DNA of 64,000 bases, from NCBI GenBank assembly GCA_016784125.1, contig JADHVI010000002.1, forward strand, positions 35,653 to 99,652. Direction: 5' to 3'. Shown one piece after another: positions 46,414 through 56,741 of the stretch. The stretch comes from Candidatus Woesearchaeota archaeon (GTDB lineage Archaea > Nanobdellota > Nanobdellia > Woesearchaeales > GCA-2686295). The first letter of the stretch is position 1, and each line of letters opens with the position of its first letter. A program made the translations under genes and the position numbers. The notes below the pieces were generated by a model that saw nothing but the letters and a program-made list of their open reading frames with translations, had not been told where the DNA came from and did no database searches.

Positions 46414-46540
46414 ATTTCTATAGCAAAAAAGGTATTTCTTTTAAAGTTTGTGATAAGTGCAAAACAAATAGAAAGTATATACTAGCTAAATATTAAAAAA
46501 AAAAATTGGATAAAACAGTTTGATTTCCAGGACTATTCAG

Positions 46541-46753
46541 TTAATGTTTGTTTTTCTGAAAGCAATCTCTACAATATACTGGTCTGTCTTCTCTTGGTTT
46601 AAAAGGAACTTCACATTCCTGCTTACATTCTGCGCAAGTAGCTTTATGCATTTCTCTTGGACCTTGGTTAAAACCTCCTCTGTTAAAACCTCCTCCATCA
46701 TTCCTACTGTTGAAACCTCCTCGGTTTCCACGGTCATTATTTTCTCGTTTCAT
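46541..46753 (-). CDS. small RGG-rich protein with CxxC-x17-CxxC zinc ribbon
   Basis: MKRENNDRGNRGGFNSRNDGGGFNRGGFNQG... then CAEC-x17-CRDC. I set the start at the Met at 46753 because the listed longer ORF runs into the tRNA gene. Confidence 0.7.
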   Translation of the reverse strand: MKRENNDRGNRGGFNSRNDGGGFNRGGFNQGPREMHKATCAECKQECEVPFKPREDRPVYCRDCFQKNKH

Positions 46754-46788
46754 TTTTTTATTTCCTCGTTGTTTTTTTTTATTAACTA

Positions 46789-46906
46789 TGCGCCGGCTGG
46801 GATTCGAACCCAGATAAGCGGCTTGGAAGGCCGCTGTCATTTACAGCACGCTGTGCCGAAACCAGATGATCCTGATTCTAGCGTGTAGCCGTTAGACCAC
46901 CGGCGC
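46789..46906 (-). tRNA. tRNA-Gly(UCC) with about 46-nt intron in the D-loop region
   Basis: Hand-folded. Acceptor GCGCCGG/CCGGCGC plus discriminator A. T arm CTGGG-TTCGAAT-CCCAG. Anticodon arm GCGGC-CTTCCAA-GCCGC. D arm GTC...GAC split by an insert at about 46840-46885 carrying a CACGCT/AGCGTG helix. Confidence 0.8.
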
Positions 46907-46970
46907 AGTAGATATTAGAGTAGAAGTTTGTTTTATAAAATTTTCGAAGATTACTATAAACTAATATTTT

Positions 46971-47969
46971 TTACAAAATTATTCTTTGTGCTTCTTGTGG
47001 ATTGTACAAGTCAAAGACAAGAATTGCCAGATTATTAGTTCTGGGAGAATTTCCTGCAGTCATAGAAATAGTATTACCAATATTGGTTTTATATTCTCCT
47101 GTTCTTTTAACAGTTGAATGAATATGACCATGTAAAGTTAAAAATGGTTGAGTTTTTTCAATGTATTCAAGCATTGCAACACTGCCTGCATGTATTAGTC
47201 GATCTTTTATTGGTTTTGCAAAAAGTCCACCACCATTAGAAGTTCTTGCAACATCCAAATGACCATATGGTGGTGCATGTGCAACAAAAATTGTTTTTTC
47301 AGGATTTTGAAGGTAAATTGGACTTTGTAAATCAAAACTTATTGATCCTTTATGTAACAAGTCTTGTTTACCAACTCTTATTAATTTAAATTTCTCTTTT
47401 TCTCCTTTCGAAACATCTTTTGATTCAAAACCACTCGTTCTAATTCCATAATCCATTCGTTCCAAGTTCATTTCAATTAATCTCTGATCACTAATATCAA
47501 CAACTTTTCCGTAATCAAATTTATCCCAATCTTTTAAACCCCAAGGAGACATTGGAACATAAGAATAGCCAACTATTTCTAAACCATCCGCAATAGGAAG
47601 TCTTTTTCCATGAATTGCAGTATAAGGCTCAATTTCATCCGCTACAAACAAATCATGATTTGCTTTAGCATCATCGTTTCCAAACAACACATATATTCCA
47701 GTATTTGGTAAATCATTTTTAAGATTAGAAAACATTCTTGATAAATCCTGAATTAAAAAATCTCTTTGAGAAACAATCAAATCTAATCCTCTCGCAGTTT
47801 TAGGCGTTATATCTCCTCCTAAAATAATTTGATCAGCTTTTATTTTCTTAGCATAAGCTAATAATTTCTTGTATTGGGGTATAACTCCGTGAATATCCGC
47901 TGTAAAAATAGTTTGATGTGATTTCTCTGATTGTTTTCTTGAGAATATGTTCATTGTTCTTTTCTCCAT
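46971..47969 (-). CDS. calcineurin-like metallophosphoesterase
   Basis: Motifs DIHG, GGDI, GNDD and GHIH in the canonical order. Confidence 0.8.
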   Translation of the reverse strand: MEKRTMNIFSRKQSEKSHQTIFTADIHGVIPQYKKLLAYAKKIKADQIILGGDITPKTARGLDLIVSQRDFLIQDLSRMFSNLKNDLPNTGIYVLFGNDDAKANHDLFVADEIEPYTAIHGKRLPIADGLEIVGYSYVPMSPWGLKDWDKFDYGKVVDISDQRLIEMNLERMDYGIRTSGFESKDVSKGEKEKFKLIRVGKQDLLHKGSISFDLQSPIYLQNPEKTIFVAHAPPYGHLDVARTSNGGGLFAKPIKDRLIHAGSVAMLEYIEKTQPFLTLHGHIHSTVKRTGEYKTNIGNTISMTAGNSPRTNNLAILVFDLYNPQEAQRIIL

Positions 47970-48901
47970 AAATTTGCAGAGTATGAATCTATCTCATTAT
48001 CATCAAACACTGTTAAAGCAGTTAGTCTTCCTGTGTATAATCTATTTAATCCTGGTATTTCTTCTTGAACAACAATATCTGATTCTAAGAAGTATCCACC
48101 AACAGATAGTCTATCAAGATATTTTAAGGCACTCGCAGTTCTAGAAGTTTTCTTTACTATTAAGCCTGAGAATTTAGCAGGTAATTTGGCTTTTGTTGCT
48201 TGTATGTCAGTAAAATCTCCTGCCATAAAGTGTATTTTTATATCATTAAATTCCATTACTGTTTCTTCATCAGATATTATTTCAGCTTTGATTTTACCAA
48301 CCTTAGTTTGTAATCCCTTCCGAATTTTTTCCATAACTTCAGATTTACTGTATTCTTGATCAACAAAATAATATTCTTTTCCAGGTAAAAGAAGTGTCGA
48401 TCCTACATCACCATGTGCTCCTAAGTAAATAATTGGATCTTCTTTTAGAGATGCGTGATTGTGACCTATCTTGTCTAAAATTGTTAATTGGTCATCTACA
48501 CAATCTTCGTCTTGAAACATGAATACTAAATCTGTTAGAAATCTATTGTGATTATACTTTTCATCAATTCTTTGTATTCCTGCACGTAATCTTTTTCTTG
48601 AAGCTGTAAAATCATTTTCAAATTCAGAAGCTGTGTACTTAGAAATTAAATCGAGCCCCACATTACTCATATAATGATATCCATTAAATCGTTTTATTGC
48701 TTTTTCCTTAACCAACAATTCAAGACGTGGAGAAATATCTCTGCCTGTAAAACTCGCCGGAACTAACGGACCATTGACCGTTTCAATTTTTTCACAGTAA
48801 AGATCTAATAATAAATTCATTAGAGGATTTCGTTTATTTTGAAGCACCATAGTAAAACTATGCGCAAATCGTTTATAAAGTTTTCTATTTTTACCACTCA
48901 T
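47951..48901 (-). CDS. hypothetical protein (C-terminal half weakly Rossmann/methyltransferase-like)
   Basis: 316-aa ORF overlapping the downstream phosphoesterase gene by 19 nt. IYLGAHGDVGS...YYFVDQ is only weakly MTase-like. Confidence 0.5.
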   Translation of the reverse strand: MSGKNRKLYKRFAHSFTMVLQNKRNPLMNLLLDLYCEKIETVNGPLVPASFTGRDISPRLELLVKEKAIKRFNGYHYMSNVGLDLISKYTASEFENDFTASRKRLRAGIQRIDEKYNHNRFLTDLVFMFQDEDCVDDQLTILDKIGHNHASLKEDPIIYLGAHGDVGSTLLLPGKEYYFVDQEYSKSEVMEKIRKGLQTKVGKIKAEIISDEETVMEFNDIKIHFMAGDFTDIQATKAKLPAKFSGLIVKKTSRTASALKYLDRLSVGGYFLESDIVVQEEIPGLNRLYTGRLTALTVFDDNEIDSYSANLWRKEQ

Positions 48902-48966
48902 AAGTAACTATTATTACACACATTCAAGCACAAACTTTAATAAAACCCTCGCGTTATAGAGCAGTA

Positions 48967-49623
48967 ATGAACAAAAACATACTCATAATAGCAGCTCACT
49001 CCGACGACCAAACACTTGGAACAGCCGGAACAGCCGCAAAATATGCGAAAGAAGGATTCGAAGTCAGAACAGTCATCTTCTCATGGGGTGAAGTATCATA
49101 TCCACATTTCAAAGAGAATGTCATAGTTAACACTAGAGAACGAGAATCTCTAAGAGCAGATAAGATAATAGGTGGAAAAGGAGTAAACTTTCTCAAAGTC
49201 CCTGAAAAAAAGATCAAAAATGAAGTGGAAATCTTCAAAGCAAAGAAAAAACTTGAAAGAATCATACGGAATTTAAGACCTGTCAAAGTGTTCACTCACT
49301 CACAACAAGATCCTCACCCAGTTCACAGAGTAACATCACAAGTAACTTTAGAAGTCATTGACAGCTTACCATGGAAAACAGAAGTTTACACATTCGACAT
49401 TTGGAATCCTTTCAGATTCAGCTTTGATAAACACCCAAAACTATTCATAGACACATCAGACACATTTGAGTTGAAGATTAAAGCTCTGAAATGTTTCAAA
49501 AGCCAGTTTAGCTTACACGGATTATTAAATTTCTTACCATTAATATCAACTTACGTCAAAAACTTTATAGATGGGAAAAAAATAAATAAGAAGTATGCGG
49601 AAGTATTTCGAAGGATAAGATGA
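48967..49623 (+). CDS. PIG-L/LmbE-family N-acetylglucosaminyl deacetylase
   Basis: ILIIAAHSDDQTLGTAG (AHPDDE-type motif) and HPVH downstream. Confidence 0.85.
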   Translation: MNKNILIIAAHSDDQTLGTAGTAAKYAKEGFEVRTVIFSWGEVSYPHFKENVIVNTRERESLRADKIIGGKGVNFLKVPEKKIKNEVEIFKAKKKLERIIRNLRPVKVFTHSQQDPHPVHRVTSQVTLEVIDSLPWKTEVYTFDIWNPFRFSFDKHPKLFIDTSDTFELKIKALKCFKSQFSLHGLLNFLPLISTYVKNFIDGKKINKKYAEVFRRIR

Positions 49624-50744
49624 AAAAGTTAGTGATTGCAACAGATAATTACGCACCAAGATGGGATGGCATATCAAGATTCCTATCAGAAATAGTTCCA
49701 AGACTATCAGACCAATTTGATATTACAATTATTGCACCGGATTACGGAAAGACGAAACAAAAAGGTTACAAAGTAAAGAAAATTCCTTTGAAGAATATAA
49801 TCGTGGGAGATTTCCAACCACCACAACGTAAATATGGGGAAATTAAACAGATAATAAAGGACGCAGACATTGTTTTTACACAAACCCAAGGGTTCATTGG
49901 AATGCCAACATTCATTGCTGCTTCTTTCAAACGTAAGCCCTTAGTTGCATTCATCCACAATATTGAATGGGAGTTAGTGCCAAAATCCATTTCTATTAAA
50001 ATTGCGAAGAAATTCTTGTATCCTTTTACTAAAATGGTGACTCGTTTTGTATATAATAACTATGACTTGCTAATTGTTCCCTCACATAACATATCCGAAA
50101 TACTCAGATGGGAAAAAATAATGACTCCTAAAAAAGTCGTCCATTTAGGAGTGGATACCAAAAAATTCGTTAAAGGAAATAAAGAACGCGCGAAGAAAAA
50201 AATTGGATTAAAAACCGAAGATTTTGTAATTGGTTATCATGGCAGATTAGGAAGAGAAAAAGACCTTAAGACTTTGATGAGAGCATTTGTAAGACTAAAA
50301 TCAGAGTATAAAAATATTAAATTACTAATCGTAGGTTCAGGAACAAGTGAAATCGAAGATCTTTTCAAAAACAAGGAAGGAGTCATTTATCCAGGTCCAA
50401 AAGAAGATGTAGTTCCATGGATACAAGCAATGGATGTTTTTGTTTTAACATCATTAACAGAAACAACTTCTTTATCTACACTAGAAGCAATGTCTTGTGG
50501 AACACCAGTTATCGCTACCCGAGTTGGCTTTGTCAATGACTACATAAAAGACGGAGAAAATGGTCTATTCTTCAAAAAAAGCGATCCATTTGATTTATCA
50601 AAAAAATTGAAAATTCTTATTGAAGACTCTAAACTTAGAGAACAATTCGGACAAAGAGGTAGACACGCAATTCTTGAAGAATTCAGCTGGGACATAACCG
50701 CAAAAAGAATCGGAGAAGCCATAGAAAAAGTTTCTAATAAATAA
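49620..50744 (+). CDS. glycosyltransferase family 4 (GT-B)
   Basis: C-terminal E-x7-E region (TETTSLSTLEAMSCGTPVIAT). It overlaps the deacetylase gene by 4 nt. Confidence 0.88.
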   Translation: MKKLVIATDNYAPRWDGISRFLSEIVPRLSDQFDITIIAPDYGKTKQKGYKVKKIPLKNIIVGDFQPPQRKYGEIKQIIKDADIVFTQTQGFIGMPTFIAASFKRKPLVAFIHNIEWELVPKSISIKIAKKFLYPFTKMVTRFVYNNYDLLIVPSHNISEILRWEKIMTPKKVVHLGVDTKKFVKGNKERAKKKIGLKTEDFVIGYHGRLGREKDLKTLMRAFVRLKSEYKNIKLLIVGSGTSEIEDLFKNKEGVIYPGPKEDVVPWIQAMDVFVLTSLTETTSLSTLEAMSCGTPVIATRVGFVNDYIKDGENGLFFKKSDPFDLSKKLKILIEDSKLREQFGQRGRHAILEEFSWDITAKRIGEAIEKVSNK

Positions 50745-53700
50745 TTATATCTTTAAGCTGGTAACCTTGCTCATCCCATGTTGATTCATACTTACGCCAA
50801 ACAAATTCTCAGCAGCAGTAATTAAACCATCATTATGACTTATAATTACATACTGTGCGTTTGATGAATAATCATGAATTAGCTCTGCTAGCTTTTCAGA
50901 GTTTTTCTTATCAAGAGCCGCGTCCACTTCATCAAGTATATAAAAAGAAGCAGGATCATGTTCTTGAACTGCAAAGATAAATGATAGTGCAGTCATAGTT
51001 TTCTCTCCACCGCTTAGACTTCTTATATCCATGAATTTTTTACCTGTGATTCTAACTTTGATTTCGACTCCACCCATGAAAGGATCATTTTCATCTTCTA
51101 ACTTCATAAATGCTTCTCCTTTGGTTGAAAGTGTCAAAAATATTCTTTGAAAATTTTTGTTTAAAATATCAAATGTTTTCATGAATAATTCTTTTTTCTT
51201 GCTGTCAATTTCATTTATCATTATGAGAATGTCTCCTCTTTCCTCTGTTAATTTCTCTTTTTTCTGCGTCAAAGAATCGTATTCTGCAGCTGCCTGATCG
51301 TATATTTCCAGAGCTTTCATGTTGACAGCACCAATGTCTTCAACCATTCTCTCAAACTGTTTGATTTCTCGTAGAATATCTTGTTCAGACTTGTTTTTGA
51401 ATAGCGGCACACCTTCAAATTGTTTGAATTCTTCTGCCAAGCCTTCAAGCTCGCCAATTATTCTTGCTCGTTCAAGAGAAATAGTATTATTCTTATGTTC
51501 AACATTTCTTATGCTTTCTTGCTTGTTAGAAAGTGCATTCTCGGCATTAGATACTTCTTCACCTAACTTAGTTCTTTTATTATACAAGTCTTTGTATTGT
51601 GAATAGAATTTTTTCTCTTTCTTCTCTTTTTCAGCCAAATCTTTTATTTGTTGTTTGATTAATTCCTCAAGCTTTTTCTTCTCCAAAGTAAATTCTTCTT
51701 TCTCTTTTATTTGGTTTTTTAGAATTTTATCGATGTTCTCTTGTTCTGGCAAAAGAATGTTTGTAATTTCAGAATCAACATTTTTCAACTCACCTTTCAG
51801 TTCAGAAATCTCTTCTTTTAATTCTTGTCTTTTCTGGTCAAAGGTGTTCATTTCGGCTAGGACAACAGGATTTCTCATTTGAGTCATTTTCTCTCGAAAC
51901 ATCTGCTTATCTGATTTTAATTGCGCAAGTTCACGGTTCTTAATAGATATTTTTTCAGTTGTTTCCTCTGTTCTTTTTTCAAGAGCCAATACTTCTTCTG
52001 ACAATTTCTTCTTCTCATCTCTCGTGGCTGATAAATCATCCGAATCCAAGTGTAATAATTTCTCTGTTTTCAGAATCTCTGTTTCCAACTCCGCCTTTTG
52101 ACTTCGAAGCTCAGAAATTCTTGTCTGGTTAGTTCTCTTTTTTGAATCTAATTTTTCAATAACGCTTTCTAAATCTTTAACTTCTGATTCCAACGCACTA
52201 ATTTGTTTGGTGACTTCTTCTTCTTGGAAGCTCATCTCAGGTGTTTTATGTCTGTAGCCTCCTTGCATTGCGCCACTGGTTTCTATTAAATCACCGGTAA
52301 GAGTAACCATTCGCACTTTTCCAATTCCAATTCTTCTGGCAATATCAACATCTTGTACAACCAAAGTATTCCCAAACACGTATTGGAAAACTTTTTCGTA
52401 TTTAGGATCATATTTCACTAAATCCATTGCCATACCAATTATTCCTTGTCCTTTCAAAGATCTATACTCTGTCTTAACGATTGGTGGTTTTAATTTGTTC
52501 AATGGTAAGAACGTGGCTGTTCCAAGTCTGTTTTCTTTCAAATGTTTGATGCAATTAGAAGCAATTTGATCATTGTCTACAACAACACTCTTGATTCTTG
52601 CACCTGCAGCAACTCCTAAAGCGAGTGAATGTTCTGTGCTCACATTTCCTAGTTGGCTCACCACGCCATATACTCCTTGGAATTTGGATTTGTTTTCCAA
52701 AATTGATTTTACTCCTCTATTGCTCGCCAATTGTTCTCTGACACCAGCATTCCTAATATTTAATCGTGATAACTCTTCTTTTCTTGATAGAAGTTTTGAT
52801 TGTGCGTTGTCTAATTGTGCTGAAATGGATGATTCATCTTCAAGTCTCGTATTCAATTCACTTGTTGCCTCTTTGAATTTCTGCTTGTTTTTCTTAAGTT
52901 CTGTAATGGCACTCTTATTTTCTTTCTCCACACACAAGACCTTATCAATCTTAGCATCAATACCTTGTAATATGATTTCATACTTGTCTTTTTCTCTGAA
53001 CATATTCTGCTGTTCCTCTCGCAACTTATCGATTTCTTCTTGTATAACTTCAGCCTTATGATCTATTTCTTCAACTTGTTTATCCATACTCTGGGCATCG
53101 CCAAGGTTATGTTTCTTCTTAAATTCCACTAGCTTAGCGTCTATCTTATTAATCTCGCTCTCTTTTAGTTGTATTGATCTCTCAGCATCTTGTTTGTTCT
53201 TTTTCAATAAGTTAATTTTACCTCCAAGATCATTCTCGCTTCGCTCCAACTCATCTTTTCTGTCAGAAATTTTTACAAGTTCTTGAGTCACCGTTTCAAT
53301 TCTTTGTTTGTTCAAAGCGAAATCAACTTTTATCTGTTCAACATCCCTATGAAGCTCAACTTGTTCTTTTTCTCCTTTTTCTTCTATTTCCCTGTTAATT
53401 GCGTTAATATCTTCTTTCTTCTTCTCAATTTTTTCTTTTAATTCAGAGACTTTATTTTGCAATGATTCGATTTGCTTTTCGTTTCCAGAAATTTGTTTGT
53501 CAAGCTCATTTTCTTTTGTTTTTCGCTCTTTGATTTGACCAGCTAAAACAGTTGCCTTGTTTCTTTTGATATCTGTATCTAACTCTTTGAATTTGAGAGC
53601 TTGATTCCTTTCATTTTTTAGTTCTCTTAAGAATCCTTTTCTTTCTGTAAGTATGATTTCAGCTTCATTGAGTCTTTCTTCAACTCTGTTCAATTCTCTC

Positions 53701-54242
53701 AAAGCTTTTTCTTTCTTATCTTCATAAACAGATATGCCTGCAATCTCTTCAATTACTTGTCTTCTTTCAACTAAAGACATTTCAACTAACCTAACAATAT
53801 CTCCTTGTAGAATTATATTGTAACCACTAGGATCAATTCTTGCTATGCTTAGAAAATCTATAATTTGTTGTCTCGTTCTTTTCTCTTCATTAATTTTGTA
53901 AACAGATTGGCCAGACGGTTTAATAATTCTTGTTAGTTTCATAAGTGTTGAATCAACAGGGAATATTTTGCTTGCGTTATCAAAATAAATAGAAACTTCG
54001 CCGTGCTTTGCAGGCTTCTTGCTTTTCCCCCCATTATAAATTAAATTAGCTGACTTCTCAGCTCTTAAACCTTTTGCTGACGATTTTCCAAGAACAAAAC
54101 ATAGTGCGTCAAGAACATTACTCTTTCCGGATCCATTCGGTCCGAGAATGACATTGAACTTGTCACCAAAGGGGATCTCTGTTTTCATCGCAAAAGACTT
54201 AAAGCCTTTCATCTCTAATTTCACTATTCTAGTCATGGGCAC
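50745..54242 (-). CDS. smc: chromosome segregation protein SMC
   Basis: 1165 aa with Walker A GPNGSGKSN, long coiled coils, a central hinge, signature LSGGEKT and Walker B YILDEVDAALD. Confidence 0.96.
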   Translation of the reverse strand: MPMTRIVKLEMKGFKSFAMKTEIPFGDKFNVILGPNGSGKSNVLDALCFVLGKSSAKGLRAEKSANLIYNGGKSKKPAKHGEVSIYFDNASKIFPVDSTLMKLTRIIKPSGQSVYKINEEKRTRQQIIDFLSIARIDPSGYNIILQGDIVRLVEMSLVERRQVIEEIAGISVYEDKKEKALRELNRVEERLNEAEIILTERKGFLRELKNERNQALKFKELDTDIKRNKATVLAGQIKERKTKENELDKQISGNEKQIESLQNKVSELKEKIEKKKEDINAINREIEEKGEKEQVELHRDVEQIKVDFALNKQRIETVTQELVKISDRKDELERSENDLGGKINLLKKNKQDAERSIQLKESEINKIDAKLVEFKKKHNLGDAQSMDKQVEEIDHKAEVIQEEIDKLREEQQNMFREKDKYEIILQGIDAKIDKVLCVEKENKSAITELKKNKQKFKEATSELNTRLEDESSISAQLDNAQSKLLSRKEELSRLNIRNAGVREQLASNRGVKSILENKSKFQGVYGVVSQLGNVSTEHSLALGVAAGARIKSVVVDNDQIASNCIKHLKENRLGTATFLPLNKLKPPIVKTEYRSLKGQGIIGMAMDLVKYDPKYEKVFQYVFGNTLVVQDVDIARRIGIGKVRMVTLTGDLIETSGAMQGGYRHKTPEMSFQEEEVTKQISALESEVKDLESVIEKLDSKKRTNQTRISELRSQKAELETEILKTEKLLHLDSDDLSATRDEKKKLSEEVLALEKRTEETTEKISIKNRELAQLKSDKQMFREKMTQMRNPVVLAEMNTFDQKRQELKEEISELKGELKNVDSEITNILLPEQENIDKILKNQIKEKEEFTLEKKKLEELIKQQIKDLAEKEKKEKKFYSQYKDLYNKRTKLGEEVSNAENALSNKQESIRNVEHKNNTISLERARIIGELEGLAEEFKQFEGVPLFKNKSEQDILREIKQFERMVEDIGAVNMKALEIYDQAAAEYDSLTQKKEKLTEERGDILIMINEIDSKKKELFMKTFDILNKNFQRIFLTLSTKGEAFMKLEDENDPFMGGVEIKVRITGKKFMDIRSLSGGEKTMTALSFIFAVQEHDPASFYILDEVDAALDKKNSEKLAELIHDYSSNAQYVIISHNDGLITAAENLFGVSMNQHGMSKVTSLKI

Positions 54243-54386
54243 CCTCTTTTTCTAGCTATTTACAATTAACACACATTTATTATATAAACTTTGTGAAAAG
54301 TTTTTATTCAAAAATATTTTTATTTTTGTTATATACAGCCTACTGTAAACAGCAAGATTATAGAACTACAAACAAAGACTCTGATT

Positions 54387-55895
54387 TTACTCAAAACCAT
54401 TTGTTAGGCTTTCAACATCTAATTCATAATTATCTATTACTAGAACATCTTCTATTTTGTTTTTGTACAAATCACGAATATTAATTCCTGTTATTTTATG
54501 AGCACATATGAGACCCGCAACCATTGCGCCAACAATGTTTCCTGAATTACCTGCACCATCACCAATCGCGTATAAATTATTTATACCATTAACAGCCGTC
54601 TTGTCAGTTTTGATTATGAGATTTCTGCCAAATTTTATTTCCGGCCAAACAATAATTCCTTTGTCAATAATACCTTCCATTATTTCTTTATTATCCAATT
54701 TGACGAACGCTTCCTTGAAATCTTCGATTATTTCCCCACCATAACTTTCATCCACACATCCAAGAGTATAATCAATATCTAAATGATCAATTACTTCTTG
54801 TGGCAACCCTGACAGAGTAGTTGTTTTCTGACCTTTGACAAGGTCGGATATTTTCTGAACAATTGGTTTACCATCTCCGAGTTTGAATGTACTCAACGCC
54901 AAGTCACGTGCATATTCAAACACATCCCCATTCACTTCTTCTGGTGATGTTAATCTTAAAAATGCAAAGTTTCCAATTTTAGAAGCATAATCATGATCAC
55001 TTGACCCATTAACACAAGCATATGGTCCTAGCTCTTTATCAACATAATTTTCAACAGCTACTTTTCCACCTTTTAGACAAGGACAGAAACTTCTCAAACG
55101 ATGTCCTGATTTTGTTGCGAGTAAAAAAACGAATTCGTACATCATATCAGCATATTGCAAAGCGATTTCTTTTGGGAAGGCCACTCTTCCTCCTATCAAG
55201 ACGTTTCGTGATTTAGTATCAATACTATGTTTTTTTACAATTGAAGGTATCAGAGTTGTGGCTCCGCTTCTACCCACACCCAGAACTACTTTTTTGCAGA
55301 TAATTTTTTCACCTGAACTTAACAAAACACCTTTACAAGTTCCATTTCCAATTATTATATCGGTGACTTCTGAATTGAATCGAAATTCTCCTCCCTTCTC
55401 AGTTATGTTTTGCATGAATCCTTCTACAAATCGTGGTAGTTTGTTACTTCCCACATGTCTGCATCTTCTAAGAAAGAGATTAACATCATGTTTTTGAAAT
55501 AAACTTATAACAGGGATAATGGCTTTGGGATTAGTGGGAGTATAACCAACATCCAATTGTCCTATTCGTAAACAATATTTTTCTGCCAAGTTAAGGTATA
55601 AATCATAGTACTTCTTTTCTTTTTCAGGAAGTAAGTCTTTTGTGTAATAATGTGATAATGCTTGTGAGAAATGGAATTTTCCATCAGAAAATGTTCCTGC
55701 GCCCCCGGCACCAGTCATAACATCAAAATCATTGATTCTTCCTTGAGCAACGAGTTCCTCTTTGCAGCGCACTCTTTCTTGTAAACCTTTTCCCTGCTCT
55801 AGAATTAGTATTTTTTTACTAGAATCTCTCTTTAGAATTTCAACGGCACCAGCCAAGACCGATGGTCCACTTCCGACGAATACTACATCATACAT
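54387..55895 (-). CDS. FAD-dependent oxidoreductase (COG2509-like uncharacterised dehydrogenase)
   Basis: N-terminal dinucleotide fold VVFVGSGPSVLAGA and a C-terminal GDGAGNSGNIVGA motif. Confidence 0.7.
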   Translation of the reverse strand: MYDVVFVGSGPSVLAGAVEILKRDSSKKILILEQGKGLQERVRCKEELVAQGRINDFDVMTGAGGAGTFSDGKFHFSQALSHYYTKDLLPEKEKKYYDLYLNLAEKYCLRIGQLDVGYTPTNPKAIIPVISLFQKHDVNLFLRRCRHVGSNKLPRFVEGFMQNITEKGGEFRFNSEVTDIIIGNGTCKGVLLSSGEKIICKKVVLGVGRSGATTLIPSIVKKHSIDTKSRNVLIGGRVAFPKEIALQYADMMYEFVFLLATKSGHRLRSFCPCLKGGKVAVENYVDKELGPYACVNGSSDHDYASKIGNFAFLRLTSPEEVNGDVFEYARDLALSTFKLGDGKPIVQKISDLVKGQKTTTLSGLPQEVIDHLDIDYTLGCVDESYGGEIIEDFKEAFVKLDNKEIMEGIIDKGIIVWPEIKFGRNLIIKTDKTAVNGINNLYAIGDGAGNSGNIVGAMVAGLICAHKITGINIRDLYKNKIEDVLVIDNYELDVESLTNGFE

Positions 55896-55952
55896 GCCGT
55901 TAGTTATAAATATAAAATAATGTTTATATAATTTGCGGTGCTATAGAATACA

Positions 55953-56741
55953 CTACAAAGCATTCTTCACATTTGAGAAATTCATCTTAACAAATTCTTC
56001 TGGTTTAAGTCTTTTTTCTTTTAGTTTTTTTAGGCCAAAACTCACATGCGTGCTACCTTTTGGAACAATGAATCCCGCCCTCGCACTCAACTCATTAAAT
56101 TGTTTTATGGCAACTTCTCTAGCGATTATTGAAGCAGCTGCAACCTCCAAGTATTTTGATTCTGCTTTTTCTTCCATTACATCTCCAACTTTACATCCCG
56201 GATACTTGTCTACAACATGAATGGTTTCTTTTGTTTTCAGAGCTTCGTAAACTTGTCGGTGCAAGTCATTCAAAATAACTGTTGAGTTCTCAATCTTTAT
56301 TCTCTCATTATACTCATCAGGAAATAGTTCTGTTATGAAATAGTTCTTTGGAAATTCTTTTCTGAGATTTCTTGCAATAAATAGTATTTGTCCGTCATCA
56401 AGATTTTTGGAGTCTTGCACATTTAAGTCTTGTAATTTTGCCCTTTCTTCGTTATTGGCTCTAAAGCCTGCTACAACCAAGCCACCAAATGTATCACCCT
56501 TCATTGTTTCATCGCTACCAACAATTACTTCTGAAAGCAAGGTTTGTTTTTCTTCAACTTTCATGCCAAGCTCTTTTTTTACAATATTCACAGCTTCTTC
56601 TTTTCCTTGAATATTCAGTTTACTTGTTGTGTAAAGAATAATTGTACAAGGCCCTTTCATCCTAGCTATTTCATACTTGGATGTTGGTTCTACAAAATAA
56701 AATCCTTTTTTCTCTAACTTTTTCAAGTCTGCAAGTTCCAT
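55953..56741 (-). CDS. rnhC: ribonuclease HIII-like protein
   Basis: N-terminal TBP-like/DUF3378 pattern (IILYTTSKLNIQGKE). Catalytic GSDETMKGDTFGGLVVAG, VQDSKNLDDGQILFIARNL, KAESKYLEVAAASIIAR and IVPKGSTHV parallel Bacillus RNase HIII motifs from memory. Confidence 0.75.
   Translation of the reverse strand: MELADLKKLEKKGFYFVEPTSKYEIARMKGPCTIILYTTSKLNIQGKEEAVNIVKKELGMKVEEKQTLLSEVIVGSDETMKGDTFGGLVVAGFRANNEERAKLQDLNVQDSKNLDDGQILFIARNLRKEFPKNYFITELFPDEYNERIKIENSTVILNDLHRQVYEALKTKETIHVVDKYPGCKVGDVMEEKAESKYLEVAAASIIAREVAIKQFNELSARAGFIVPKGSTHVSFGLKKLKEKRLKPEEFVKMNFSNVKNAL

Noticed and set aside
46520-46888. 122-aa plus-strand ORF, and the 46754-46840 extension of the minus-strand ORF
   Set aside because: Both run through the tRNA-Gly gene and the RGG protein gene. 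The GSNPS-type translation is the usual signature of reading through a tRNA T-arm.
51319-53061. Plus-strand ORFs inside the SMC locus
   Set aside because: They lie antisense to SMC coiled-coil codons (GAA/AAG-rich), which produce long Ser/Phe/Leu-rich open shadow frames.
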